Assembly (NCBI GenBank): GCA_951406725.2
Contig: OX597814.1
Location: 13,950,001-14,014,000, forward strand
Direction of reading: 5' to 3'
Length of the DNA: 64,000 nt
Source of the DNA: Octopus vulgaris
Lineage: Eukaryota
Each line of letters opens with the position of its first letter. Position 1 is the stretch's first letter. Below the pieces are notes generated by a model that was not told the DNA's origin, searched no databases, and was given only the letters and a program-made list of their open reading frames with translations. Shown here one piece after another: positions 40,205-54,449 of the stretch. A program made the translations under genes and the position numbers.

Positions 40205-40718
40205 CTGCATTTCCTCATAACACATAGAAAAATGGAAAAATTTTTGTTGTGGCTTATTTTAATACAATATTTATGTGAACAATTTCATAAATATTTGTCT
40301 GAGTAGATTTCTACGCATGTGTGAAACAACGGACGAAAGTGATACATTAGAAGCAAATCAAAATATTGTCCGAAAATGTCGTCAAATTTATGGGGCCCAA
40401 TCTCGTTGCCGAGGTTATTTTAGTAGTTGAGTCTAAAAAATTGTTTATTTGGTATATAGTTAATAAGCAGCTTTCTTTATTATAATACTCATGTGAATAA
40501 TTCGGAGAAATATTACTTTCATTATTTATACCTCTCGTCTCTCTCGTAATTCAACAATTCATAATTTTGGTGAAGCTATTTTCATTTCATAAAGAAACCT
40601 GGTGGTTGTAAAGAAGTCTATTTGCAGTAACTATAGCTGGTTGTTGAGCTAACGTGGAAAATATGCAAATGAAAATAAAGTTTATTCCCCATGTGTAATT
40701 GATTTGATTGTCCTGGAA

Positions 40719-41025
40719 GGCGGCGGGCTGGCAGAATCGCTAGCACGCCGGGCGAAATGCGCAGCCGTATTTCGTCTGTCGTTACGTTGTGAGTTCAAAT
40801 TCCGCCGAGGTCGACTTTGCTTTTCATCATTTCGGGGTCGATAAATTAAGTACGAGTTACGCAATGGGGTCAATGTAATCAACTTAATACCTATGTCTGT
40901 CTTTGTTTGTCCCTTCTATGTTTAGCCCCTTGTGAGTAATAAAGAAATAAGTATTTAGTATGCGGTTACGTTCTGAGCTCAAATTCCGCCGAAATTTCAG
41001 GCGTTGTGACTATAGTAGAAAGAAT
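40719..41025 (+). mobile_element. tRNA-derived SINE family B with partial internal repeat and probable TSD
   Basis: Head ggcggcgggctggcagaatcg, B box gagttcaaattcc, central ctttgcttttcatcatttcggggtcgataa; flanks gattgtcctgg / gattgttctgg. Confidence 0.88.
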
Positions 41026-41417
41026 TAGATTGTTCTGGTCTTAACATTAGTTGGCAAGAATAGAAGTCATTTGACGACAACCTTTTGTCTGTAATTTGCT
41101 ATCATTTTACAGGTTTAATCCGAGGAGTATTAAAATAATATCCATCTTGTCCATTTGACAGAATAACATTATACTGGAGAGCATCATAATAGGGATGAAT
41201 CTGTGAAACACGTTTAAGATGGTTATCTTGAACACGAATGAGAATATGATTTTAAATGGCATCACCAACCATAAGGATGGGTACTTCATTAGATGTGGGA
41301 TCATTAAACCAGCGTAAAATGTTCTTTACTATAGTTGTCTATGGACATAACGAACGCAAAAATACACACACACACACACACATACACTCATAGAATTGAT
41401 AATACTGAAAACAGCAA

Positions 41418-41602
41418 GGCAGCGAGCTAGTAGAAACGTTAGCATGGCGGGCGCAATGCTTTGAGGTATTTCGTCTGTCCTTACGTTCTGAGTTCAAATT
41501 CCGCCAAGTTTGACTTTGCCATTCAACATTTCGGGGTCGATAAATTGAGTTCCAATTGCTTACTGTTGACGATCTAATCGACTGGCACCCTTCCACAAAA
41601 GG
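41418..41602 (+). mobile_element. SINE family B (short form) with 17-bp TSD
   Basis: TSD aatactgaaaacagcaa (41401-41417) / aatattgaaaacagcaa (41603-41619). Confidence 0.88.
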
Positions 41603-43111
41603 AATATTGAAAACAGCAAAACGTACACACACGAAGTTCAAGCGAAACTTATTGTAGTCAATATAGGTGCAAAACATACTTTCTGTAGCATAGTTATACT
41701 ATAAAAAAAAATGGAAAGTTGCCAATTTAGCAAAAGTTAGTATACGTCACCAATGGAATAAAGTACAGAAAGTCAACATTTATTTGGAACATGTACTAAA
41801 TGTTATAAAATTCATGATTGAATGGATGTCACGGCGAAGAAAATGAAAGTCCAATAACTTTCAGAAGACAATTCAATTTTTCATAGAAAAATAATTTATT
41901 TTACAATTCTGAAATGAACGTTGAACCAAGTGTATAAAAATGATGCTGTTTTTGAACCGTGTAACATTATTGGCTGTAAAATAAATACTGAATAAGGCAG
42001 TAAAATGGTTGTGCGACGTTGATACTCACAGTGATGAAGAATAGAAGGATTGTTTAAAAAAACATTATCTTGAAACTGGTTAGGAGTGGAATAACATTCC
42101 TTTAATTATATTGAAAGAGTCCTTGTAGATTTCTGCTTCACCATTTTCCGAATTTGTTATAAAAACCAGAATAATATTTTTTTCAGATATATTTGCGAGT
42201 ATTTTGGGTGATATTAAATCAGCCAAATCTTCATGATGGTAATACTTGAAAGTGGACGTTGTTGTTCGTTAGAAGACTAAGCCACAAGTAAACGTTCAAT
42301 ATCGGTGCGGGGTGGGTAAGTTACATACATAAGCTAAGAGACACACACATGTATATTAACACACGCCTGAAGCCTATGTCTGTCCCGGTGTCTCTCTGTG
42401 TTTATATATGGATGTGTGTGCGTGTGCCAATCGTCACAAAAATGTATCTGTCCGAACTGACGCATACACGGTCATACTCATATACACTTCTCAGTCATCG
42501 GTTAACGTAGATAACGAATGTGCGAACACACTTATATAGAAAATGGGATGTCATCGCTATTGTGGTGGTGATATAAAAGGTTGTTTACGATGGGTGACTA
42601 AACGGAAAATGATAATGTTAAAATTTTGTAATGAAAATTTAGTTTAGTTGGCAGCCAAAAGCTTACTGAATCTCTTGATATCCCTTACGTCAAAATCGGC
42701 AACTCCGTTTTGGAATGAATAACGGAACATACGCACAGACACACACATACCCCTCTTTCATAGTTATATAGATATGCGTATACGTGTTTTGTGTGTTTGT
42801 GAGAGAAAGAGAGAGAGAGAGAGAAATGGAGAGATAGGGAGAGAGAAAGAGTTCTAGTATGCACAAACGAATATGCCTAAGCTCTTCTGCGTGTAATTGT
42901 CTGTTTTCATCGAAATATATATTTCGCGTAAAAGTATTTTTTAACATATATTATATTCATTACATCAATACATCAGTTACAAATAATATTTAGTATCGTT
43001 TTACATCTGTTATATACGTTTGATATAAATATTTTTAGTCTCATTTCGATTCTTTGTCCTCGTTGTTCAATTATGTCTCTCTCTCTTCCTCTCTCTCTAT
43101 CTCTCTCTCTC

Positions 43112-43151
<40 letters not shown>

Positions 43152-43359
43152 TCTCTGTGAAATCTTGCTTCGGCGTATTCATCGTAATTTTTTCTGAAAC
43201 ATTTTATAATATGCTTGTTATTCCGCCCCCTCTATGCTTCAATTCGGAAGATTTTACACACACACACACATATATGCACACATACAGACACAAACATGCA
43301 CACACACACATGTATATATGTGTGTGTATGTGTGAACATGCTTATACACACACACACAC

Positions 43360-43405
<46 letters not shown>

Positions 43406-43418
43406 GTACGTACATCCA

Positions 43419-44190
43419 CGTATGCTGTTTAAAAATTAACCTGCGATCTGTTCGAGAATCTACCCAAAAGAAAGTAGAATTTTACAATATTATTTCATTC
43501 GCTTAGTTTTACATACTTATGCTTTTATCACCTTCAACTTATTCTCCATCTACAGCAATGTATCGAGCAAGACGCGTTTTCTCCTGTTCGAAGAATTCCT
43601 GGAACTCATGCGTCGTTTTCTCTTCACGTCTTACACACGTTAAAATAATTTAACGACTTTTTTCATTCGGGGGAACAAAAACTTTCGCAGGTGAATAGGG
43701 GGGATGGATAAGCGGGGTCATGACATTTTTAGTCAAAAGCTCTCATACACTCTAGACGTGCGTGAGGAACGCATTGTTGTAATGGAACCACCACTCTCCA
43801 CTTTGCTAGAGGTCGGATAGTTTTCGTCTCACCACGTCTCGCAAATGCTTCAGAGCTGCCCAGTGAAAATCTGGCTGACAGTTTGACAAGGTGAAACAAA
43901 TTCTGTATGGAGAATTCCGTTCGTATCAATGAAACATCAGCAGCTTCTTGACTTCGGACTTCACTGGACGTGCTTTCTTGGGGTGTGGTGACAGTGAATG
44001 CTTCCAATGGTTTGCCTTCTACTGCGTTTCCGTGACGTAGGCGTAGCACCACTTTTCGTTACCTGTGATGACCTTTGAATAATGATCTCGATCAATTTCC
44101 AAATGTACTCTCAGTTCACGTCTCGATTTTCGTCGTGACTACTTTTGATCTTCCTTGAATAAGCGAGGCACAAGTTCTCCTGCAACTCAA
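43419..44190 (-). mobile_element. mariner transposase 3' half, decayed (N-terminal remnant possibly at 44830-44920)
   Basis: KVITGNEKWCY, SPHPKKAR, WWFHYNNA, HPPYSP. Confidence 0.85.
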
Positions 44191-44194
44191 CTCA

Positions 44195-44800
44195 CTTCAT
44201 TCACAAGTCCTTGCTCAAAATTCCTTGGAAGGAGCTCCAGTTGCAGTTGTGTCTGTTATTTACTATAGTTGTAGTATGGGGACAGTGGTCAGTTACTTGA
44301 GCCAGTAATGTAGTTTGGCTGGCAGGCACAATGGAATCTGTTGGAATGTCACTAGCTGCGAAACCACGTTGTGTTCTTATAACATTCACGCTTTTGTTAA
44401 TAGAGTTGGGAAGAAGATTAATCTTCAATTTTTCGTAAAAGTTAGTTACTAACCTACTTTTTATGTTCTACAAATGTTATTTGTTGGCATACTTGTTTCG
44501 CAGTAAAATGATTTAATTCTGGATGCAGATCGTCCCAATATGATTTCAATCGTTTCATATAGCCAACAGTGAGATCGTTATTTAATCCATAACTGCAAGA
44601 GCAGTGAGTTTTGTAGTTACTGTTTCTTCTATGACTACAGCTAGAAAGAATGCGTTTACCTGTTAAGCTGTTGTTTTCATTTCGTCCCTCGATGGTGTTG
44701 ATGTTTTGTCCAACCATGTTATTTGTAGTAACTTTCTGGTTACTAAATTCAAGTTTCAGTCGAAAATCACTACGATCGAGAATAAAAGTCTCCCTCAGTT
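44195..44800 (-). mobile_element. Non-LTR retrotransposon N-terminal fragment (R4/Dong-like)
   Basis: GYMKRLKSYWDDLHPELNHFTAKQVCQQ resembles the N-terminal domain of R4/Dong-type ORFs (recalled similarity, not searched). Confidence 0.5.
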
Positions 44801-47440
44801 AATTCATCTGAAGATTAACCAGTTGTTTAACAAATTGTGGCTTCAAAGCTGGAGATAGTATTCATCGTATTTTCCATAAATATTTTCCCATGCCAAATAC
44901 GCGACTTGTCGCTTCGAATGTTATATATGTATCTATAAATTTTGTATGTATGTGCGCTTGTATGTATGTATGTATGCATAAACGTATGTATATACGTATG
45001 TAAATATACATGCACAGGTACATATGTGTGGGAGTATGTGTGTATAAATGCGTGTGAGTATACACTCGCACACGCACACGCATACACACAGACATATATA
45101 TTTATATATACACACGTAAGAGGTAATATAGCTATTATTATTTAGGAGAATACTTTGAAACAATCTGTGTCCCTTTCGATTGTTGATAACGAACAGAACA
45201 ATGTATATTTGCATACAAAATTATAATTTATGCCACACTGCCACAATAAGATAACGCCATATTTTTACCGTCGTGTCTAATTACAGATGATATTCAGCTG
45301 AAGACAATGCCCCTAACATTCGCATGAAAACTGAACGGCATATTAAAATTTCAATACCGTATTGTTTCATTATTTTATTGATTGGTTTTAACTACCAGAT
45401 GTTTACAATAGTGGAATTTTGTATTTCATCTTTTTCCTTTACTTTGTGCAGATTTTTTTCAGGCTTAATTTAAAATACAACAACAATAAATAAGGCCATG
45501 TAACACTAAACAATATTTACACTCCTGGTTATTCGTATAATTCACACCAAAAAGACTAGCTTAATGATGTAAATTTGCACCTAAGATGTAGCAGACTATT
45601 GCCACAAGCTTAACATAAGGATTTGCACATTTCTGATACCTGCTTGGCTGCGCACGCACTTATTATGACCTTGCTTGTCAGTGAATTTTGTATCACAGAT
45701 CTGAAACTCAATTTACATATTCAGAGTTAAATTCATACTCGTGACCGTTAAAGTATATCAATGCTGTACTTTTATTTCTAATTACCACAATAGATTTTAA
45801 GTCTTGGATACAAAATTAATAAAGAGCTTAACAACACAACACCAGTCTGCATAAAAAAGAAGACTCTCCACCGAAGAAATATGCTGCCTTTGCAAGGCTG
45901 AATTTGTAATTTCATTTTTCGCTGCCTTTTTTAATACACTAAATGTTGATATTAAGCCTTGAAATATAAAGCAAAGACAAATTATCATGAAATTTTCAAA
46001 AACGGTTATTTAGTAGGCTTTATTTACTCACGCAAAATGCATATAGGGATTAAATACTGCTGTAAATTAGAGTGGCGTAGAATAATTTCAAAGTTGCCAG
46101 CACAAAGGTTCCTTAAAATCCTGGTACTACCATACTTTTTGTAAACCTCATCAAATAATATTTCGGTATAAACATGATGAATGATACAAACATGTGGATT
46201 ACGTTGCATATCATCTAGTTCTTCTTTATCGTCTTTTCCTAATCGTCTTTTCTACCAGTCACTGCATTTGAAACTCCATATTTTGCGAATAATCTGACGT
46301 CAATGACAACTTTTATGTTTCAATAAACCATCGACCCATTCACATATCAGAGCCACTAATAGAACCTATATTCTATGTGTTTCTGTATACGTTTTACGCT
46401 AACAAGCATTTGGATTTTTTTCAATTTATTCTCACCCTGTAATAAAATGGTTTATTGATATTGAGCTTTAATATAAAGCATTTTCATCACTTTTCTTTAC
46501 TAAATGTTCTCAAACTTACCCCAAATGAGCAAGTTCTCATTCGTAGTTCACAAATCGCATGTTCGAGACTTACTTTATATTTTCTATAAACCACCCTTAT
46601 CTATCTAACCTTGGGGATGTAAATGGAGATAACTGATTTTAGAAAACTTTTATTTTGATATTAGCTTTCTCTAAGAAGTCACATCAATTTTAGTACACTT
46701 CTATAGGTCATACAAAAAGGTACAGAAGTTATCTTACTTTCGTCATGGCCAGCGGTTATCACTGACGTTGATATTTTTTATTGTTTAAAACTCAATTCTT
46801 TGACATTTGAAAAGGGTAATATCTTATTCGTTCAGGTTTCCAATACATAGTAACATGTAGTTCTTTTCTGCTAATTTGTATTATAACATGGAGTAACGTT
46901 TAGTGGTTTTTGCTTTATTCTCTGGTGCCGTTGTAAGTCAAACTATGAGTTGGAGAAATGGCATCATTCAGTATTGCCAAAAAAAAACTGCATTTGTTTT
47001 TCTTCTTTCTTTCGATCATCGATTTTCTTTGTCGTACGTGTAAAATAATTTCTATTTCGATAATTTTCAAATACCCATTCTCAAAGTTTTTTCGTCTGTA
47101 AGTGATTCATCCTTCATTTAACTCATTTAGGAAAGTTAAATTTTGGTGTTCCCTGAAGTTTATTCCATATATTTCTCCAGTTACTCACTAGTTTTTCTGA
47201 AACACAAAAATATTTTCCTCCAAAAAATATATGTCTAGTTAAATTTTAGTATGAAAGATACTGGATATGGAGAAAGTATTTTCCCTGTGGGCCCTTTTCA
47301 CACAAAATTTCTGAGAATTTAAAACATCAAATTGGATTTATGATAGGTGTACGTTGATTCAAGGACTTTGTTTATAGCTTATGCTGGTTTCCTTGCACAT
47401 ATGTGTATCAGTATATATATATATATATGTATATTATACA

Positions 47441-47605
47441 GGTGCAAGAGTGGGTGTGTGGTACGTAGCTTGCTAACCAACCACATGGTACTGGGTTCAG
47501 TCCCACTGCGTGGCACCTTGGGCAAGTGTCTTCTGCTATAGTCCCGGGTCGACCAATGCCTTGTGAGTGGATTTGGTAGACGGAAATTGAAAGAAGCCTG
47601 TCGTA

Positions 47606-47692
<87 letters not shown>

Positions 47693-47874
47693 TTGTGTGT
47701 CTGTGTTTGCCCCCTAGCATTGCTTGACAACCGATGCTAGTGTGTTTACGTCCCCGTCACTTAACGGTTCGGCAAAAGAGGCCGATAGAATAAGTACTGG
47801 GCTTACAAAGAATAAGTCTCGGGGTTGATTTGCTCGACTAAAGGCGGTGCTATGGCTGAAACATGTAAAAGAGT
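47441..47874 (+). mobile_element. tRNA-derived SINE, family A
   Basis: Head ggtgcaagagtgggtgtgtgg, B box ggttcagtccc; homologous to 6129-6541. Confidence 0.9.
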
Positions 47875-47943
47875 ATATATATATATATATATATATATAA
47901 ACATATATATATATATATTTCTACATACATACATACATGCATA

Positions 47944-49212
47944 CAGGGTGAGGTAAATAGATTCTCGTCTAAATTACGCAAAAATGAGAATAACACTGAC
48001 ATCGCATTTTAACAAATATATCTATCAAAACTACATAAAATATCTTGAAATACGAAAGAATAAATTTATTCAGTAAACTCGAATTGGCTTCTACCATGGC
48101 CTCTAGATGACTTCGGAATATCCTTCAAATCTTCTGGACAGCCTCCTTGGTTAAGGTGGCGAAGGCTGCCATAATGCATGCTCTTAGTTCATCTTTACTG
48201 TTACAAAATGTTTTGTTGGTCTTTCTCTAAACTGATCTCCACACATGATAATCAAAGGGGTTACAGTCTGGGGTGTTAGGTGGCCAGATCTTAGGAGAAA
48301 TGTAATTTCTAGAAATTGTCTGACAGCCATGATTGTCTGCTCCTGCATGTGTTGCATGGTACAGAGTCTTGTTGCCAGACATAATGTCTTCCAACTGCCA
48401 GTGCAGCACTACTTCCTCCAGACACATTATGTTGGTCACCATGTTGAGTCTGAGGTCGTGTGGGAAGATGAAAGAAGGTATAACGTCGACATCACTGGTG
48501 ACCACTCTATATACCATGATGTTGTTTGGTTGTTTCATTTTTATCACCGTAGGTACATGTTTTGTAGACACGGCAAGGCGATGTTTGTTCTGTGTGTTCA
48601 CAATCTGATTAGGACAGACAAGCGAAAGCATGTTCAGGTGGAGGGAATAATTGAATTTGTTCAAAAGCATCGTAGCGCGGTTTCTCCTATGTCCTGGATG
48701 GCTTATGATTATATTTGGCATTTTCTCATCTTGTACGAGGAATACCGAATCTCTTCATGCACTATTTCATTGATAAGGAACTCATACACTCCTACGTCTC
48801 TATAGGTGGACCTAACTTGGAGGTATCATTGTCAATTATGGCCTGGAGCTCACCAACAAATTCAGGAGTCCTTTTCTTATCAGAACGATCAGAGTGAGGT
48901 TTACATGTGGCCGTTCCTTCGTGATAACCATTAGTCTCATCCAACTCTTTCAGAATCCTCTGCAGGGTCTTCAGATTGATACTCAAACAGTATGAAATGT
49001 TCGTATTGGATCTCCCATCGCGAATGCCAAGCAGTACGGCATGACGTTTTCAAATATTTCTAACTGACTAAATTGTCTCACCGCCTTCCTTTTGTTACAG
49101 AGGGTTGTCAAAGGACCCAACTATACTGTGTAGGCGATAAAGTTAAAAATAAACAGTGCACATGCGAAAGACTAAAAATAGATAAGTGTAACAATTTACC
49201 CATTGCAGGCTG
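47944..49212 (-). mobile_element. maT/DD37D-type Tc1/mariner transposon, near full length, decayed
   Basis: TA|cagggtg terminus; HSDRSDKKRTPEF, IMVYRVVTSD, IWPPNTPDCNPFDYHVW. Confidence 0.9.
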
Positions 49213-49218
49213 TCTATC

Positions 49219-49282
<64 letters not shown>

Positions 49283-49294
49283 TATATATAATGT

Positions 49295-49854
49295 TCAAAA
49301 TGGCTTCAGTCTGGTGTGTTACGTAGCCAGGTGTTAGGGGTGATGTGGTCCCTGGAATTGTCTGACAGCCACGACTGGCTGCTCCTGCATGTGCGGCATG
49401 GTGCAAAGTCCTGTTGTCAGACATAACATCTTCCAGCAGCCACTCGCTTGATCAGGGAAGCACTACTTCTTCCAGGCACTTGATGTAGGCCTATGTGTTT
49501 AATCTGAGTTAGTGTGAGAAGATGAATGAAGCATAGCGTCACCAACACTAGTGATCACTCCAAACACCAAGATGTTGACTGGATGCTTGATTTTTATAAC
49601 TCTCTGTACGTGTCCTGAGATTGACACACAAACACACAAAAATATTTGTATTGGAGCTTCCGGCGCGAATGTCAAACAGTATATCATGTCTTTTCCAAAT
49701 TTCTATCTGAGTGTATTGTGCTATGGTTCTGTATTTCTCACTGACGTTGCTTAACTGAACCGACTCTACTTTGTAGTTGACAAAAACAAAAATAAATAAT
49801 GTGCATGTACGGAATTACAGATATAAATGTTAACAATTTACCCATCACACCCTG
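49295..49854 (-). mobile_element. Second, deleted copy of the same maT-type family
   Basis: IKHPVNILVFGVITSVGDAM; terminus aacaatttacccatcacaccctg|TA matches 49190-49212. Confidence 0.85.
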
Positions 49855-49857
49855 TAT

Positions 49858-49916
<59 letters not shown>

Positions 49917-51179
49917 TATATATAAGAATATATGTACACTCACACATATACGCATATGTATGTACATGTGTGCACAAACATATGCACACACACAATATAT
50001 ACTTACATACTTGCATATATATATATATATATATCATTACATGTGATTCTGTATTTCCCTTATTGGTTCTCAAATTGCAGGCGTATCTAATCGCACTGTT
50101 TAGATGCGTAAGTCATTCTATGAGTGGATGAGATAGTCTCGAACGAATAAGGGATTGTTAGATTATTGAAAATGTAAATATAATTAGAATTAATTTGTAA
50201 GTTTAGATGTTACTTGAATGTTGGGAATATGTATGAACTGAAGTAAAAAATAAAAATTAAAATAAGCTGGTTTTATGGCGAAGAAATCTGCAGAGGAGTG
50301 AAGCAGGTAATGTTACAGAATTTGAAACGAAAGATGTCGCAGATTAGAGGAGAATGTGGTGCGAAAATATAGGAGGGAAGATGTGGGATAAAGAAAAAAT
50401 ACGAAAGAGTATGAGAGAGGAAAGGGAACGGATTTCTATAAATAATAATAAGAAAAAATAAACTTGTAAACAAAAATGTATATAGTGCATTAGTCAGAGA
50501 CATGATATTTAATAAATATTTTATGCAGAAAAAGCATGAATTATAATATATGAGATGTATATTTATTTGTAAAACCAATAATTTTTTCGTGACATAGCCG
50601 CAACATAACTAATAAAGATGCAGAAAAAAATTGATGAGGTCGAAGATAGATAAATGGATATGATTCTGTATTGTTAGGAATCTTGGCAGAAGTGTTGCTA
50701 TGTAGATTAGTTGGAAAGAAGAATCTATGCGTGTAAGCAGTTATGGTGAAAGATTGATACTGAGAATGGAAATCAATAGATATCAGAGTAAAAGGAAACA
50801 ATTTTTTGTGTGTATTGGAAAGTGATTTTGTATAATTAGGTAAAAAATTAGAAGCTTGGAATTTTGAAAGGTTATACTTTTCGGAAAAGCGCAATGGGTG
50901 TGGAAAGTATGAGGGAGGTAAAGAGTAAATCATATTAGATGTCAAGTTTTAAGATGAAGTACTGATATGATTCTCTAAATAGAAATATTACAGTGCAACA
51001 TAAATATGCAGATCTGTATGTTGACATGGAATCGTTTCAGTCTAAGACCTCCAAAATAAACTTCTCACTGTGGATAAGTTTGCTAAATATAAAGACGATG
51101 TCGATTGGAAACTTTTAGTATGTTCTTTCGGCTGAACATAAATTAAGGATTTAGGTGCCCACATATATAAAAGTATATG

Positions 51180-51960
51180 GCGGCTGTCTTCTTCTTATGC
51201 AGAGTTTGACCAGTTCCTGAACCTACATCTTAGCAACATCATGGCATCCGATGTGGTGTTTTAAACAAGAAATGTTCTGAAAAGACATCTACATAGACTC
51301 CACTCCACACATTTGTTCGCCATCCAACTCGATCCGAAGCAAGGGCTGCTTCTATGTCTTCTGGAACCATTCCCAGTGACTTCAAAGTAGTCCTTATGCC
51401 GTCCATAAACCTTTTTATAAGGTTTACAGATAGCGTTTCCCCTATGCAAGCTCACCATAAAACAGCTGTTTCGGCATGTGTTCATCTACCATTCGAACAA
51501 TATGGCCACAACATCTCAATTGGTTCCTCAGAATCAGAACTTTAATTGAGATGATGCATGCAGATGCAAGGAGATCTGTGTTTGGAGTAAAAGGACTCCA
51601 TTTGATTTACGTAAATGCGATGAAGGCATTGTAGGTAGAATTATTCTAGCAATGTAAAATGCCTTTCATAACAAGTCCAAGTTTCACAGGAATACAACAG
51701 GGGTGGTAAAACAAATTATTTGTAAAGTTCCAGCTTTGTATTCTTATTTTTATGTTGCTGGCACCAAACGCGTGACTCCAAGCCACCAAGTGCTTTTTCT
51801 GCCCTTTGAATTCTGTATCAAGATTTCCATCATTTTGAACAGAGCTTCCAAGTTAGACGAACAAATCGACAACTTCAAGTAATTCTCCCGTAACAAAAAC
51901 TGTTTGAGACGTTTTAGAGTAATAGCTCTTCAATATCCTTCCACAAAGCCTGAAAGATCT
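51180..51960 (-). mobile_element. RTE (BovB-like) LINE 3' fragment
   Basis: LGSSVQNDGNLDTE, TKLELYK, LLYSCETWTCY, QLRCCGHIVRMVDEHMPKQLFYGEL. Confidence 0.9.
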
Positions 51961-51963
51961 ACT

Positions 51964-52200
51964 TGTAGTTTCCACCTGTCAAGAGTTCAGGAGGAACATA
52001 TATCGGGGCAACAAACAGAGATGAGGGCAGCAACATCAAACTCACCAAATATCACACATCACAGCAGGTTTAGCGATAATGTAGTTTCCACCTGTCAAGA
52101 GTTCAGGAGGAACCTATATCGGGGCAACAAACAGAGATGAGGGCAGCAACATCAAACTCACCAAATATCACACATCACAGCAGGTTTAGCGATAATGTAG
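51964..52200. repeat. 116-bp direct tandem duplication
   Basis: gtagtttccacctgtcaag recurs at 51965 and 52081; one mismatch seen. Confidence 0.95.
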
Positions 52201-52604
52201 TGTTGGGTACGTGCTTAGTAGTTAGCCGATGAAGCATGTTCTCTGCGTATGGCTACCTCATGTACTCCACGGTATTTACACAATTGTTGCAGGAATTTCT
52301 CAGTGTACGTTGGGTGTATAACATATGATAGACAGAGAAATGGAATATACGAGGAACTTTATTGTTCACAACGATCGTCTCGATCAATCCTACATCGATC
52401 TCTTGCGGGTGTAATATTGTGTAGCTGGTTGAGGTGCATTCCACTGTTCAGACATGTCACGTCAGGTGATCTTATAAGGGGTACTCTCACATAATGATGT
52501 AATGGACCTCCCTGGTTTCTCAAACGGTCTTAAGGATGAAAGGCACTGAAACAAAATTATAATAGTATACACACTCGTACACACACACAAACACGCAGAC
52601 ACAC

Positions 52605-52658
<54 letters not shown>

Positions 52659-52659
52659 T

Positions 52660-52887
<228 letters not shown>

Positions 52888-52948
52888 GGATTATTATTTC
52901 AAATTTACAGGCAAAAATTCAATTTAGAAATACTAAATCAAATTTCAA

Positions 52949-53019
<71 letters not shown>

Positions 53020-53221
53020 TGCATTATATATATATACTGCATTATCCGTTTCTAGGTTTTTCATTTTTCAGATGTTCTTCCTAGAGGTAAGACAAATTTT
53101 TTTCCATGTTTGTTGCACACACACGTCTTTACTAGTACATACGCAGTGAAGCTATACATTAGCGTCGTATTTATTACGTTCGCTATTTTCCAGTAAATAT
53201 CGGTGCTTCGTTGTGCAATTG

Positions 53222-53302
<81 letters not shown>

Positions 53303-53544
53303 AATTAGAAAAAAAACCCACCTTTTTATCGATTAAATAATGAAAAATAAAAATATACCATTTAGAAAAATTACTTCTTATAGAGAGATTATATATAAGA
53401 TAAGACATATAACATGATTAAGTAACGTGCAAAATAATAAATAAAACGTATATATTTGGTAGCATTTTCTCCAGCATTATATATATATCTGTGTGTGTGT
53501 GTCTGTAGAAGTTTGAAAGGGAACACACTACTTGAAACGTAAAA

Positions 53545-53733
53545 GGAAAATAAGACAATGTAGAAAATGCTACAGTGATTTTATCATGATGTACATGTTA
53601 GTGCTCGTTTCAGTCTTTGCCACTTTTTCAATAAATAAAGTGCATGAAAAAAAAAATTAAGTTGAGGAAAAACTAAATTAATAAAAAAAAAAATATATTT
53701 CTGGGACATTCAAGATAAAAGGACATTTTCCTT

Positions 53734-53790
<57 letters not shown>

Positions 53791-53985
53791 CTTGTGAAGG
53801 GCTTGGTAGTTGGTAGTAGGTAGTAGAAGTGCTAAAAGAATATTCTTTTAAGGCTGCTACTACCTACTAAAATTTTCCAGAATTCAATTGGTCTTCATGC
53901 TTTCAGTCGCAAGGACTGAAACCGGTACTAAAATGTTCTTTATGATATTATTTTAGCATTTTCTACCTTGATTTATTTACTTTAT
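53545..53985. mobile_element. Head-to-head pair of PLE terminal fragments related to the 2548-2640 pLTR
   Basis: Minus: TTGAAAA-agt(ggcaaag)act-GAAA-cgag...tagcattttcta (53555-53635). Plus: agtc(gcaag)gact-GAAA-ccgg-TA...tagcattttcta (53905-53970). Confidence 0.65.
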
Positions 53986-53986
53986 A

Positions 53987-54062
<76 letters not shown>

Positions 54063-54222
54063 ACGAGAGAGAGAGAGAGGAGAGAGGAGAGGGGTAGAGA
54101 GAAAGGTTATGAGAGGTAATGGTGTGAATAAGACCCAAAGGTGTCAGGTAATGCTGAGTAAGTCCAATAAATGTTCTAAAAACGTCACAACCTTGGGTTT
54201 TTTAATCTCATTCTGAAAACAT

Positions 54223-54352
<130 letters not shown>

Positions 54353-54449
54353 GATATATGTATGTTTGTATGTATATGTGTATACACGCACATACGCCCA
54401 TCACTATTTCTTTGTCCTATTCCTATTTGCAACCAAATGTAATGGACTT

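Noticed and set aside
41113-41281. Exon-like segment with AG/GT boundaries
   Set aside because: All three plus frames contain stops.
45797-46240. Possible minus-strand host exons (good gtgagt donor near 46030)
   Set aside because: No convincing acceptor, an upstream in-frame stop and no recognisable protein similarity.
50541-50945. 134-aa ORF, possibly a GIY-YIG remnant
   Set aside because: Only an SNMIYS-like word matches; too degenerate to call.
51455-51480. catgccGAAAcagctgTT resembling an HHR 3' half
   Set aside because: It is coding sequence of the RTE fragment (HMPKQLF) and has no upstream core box.
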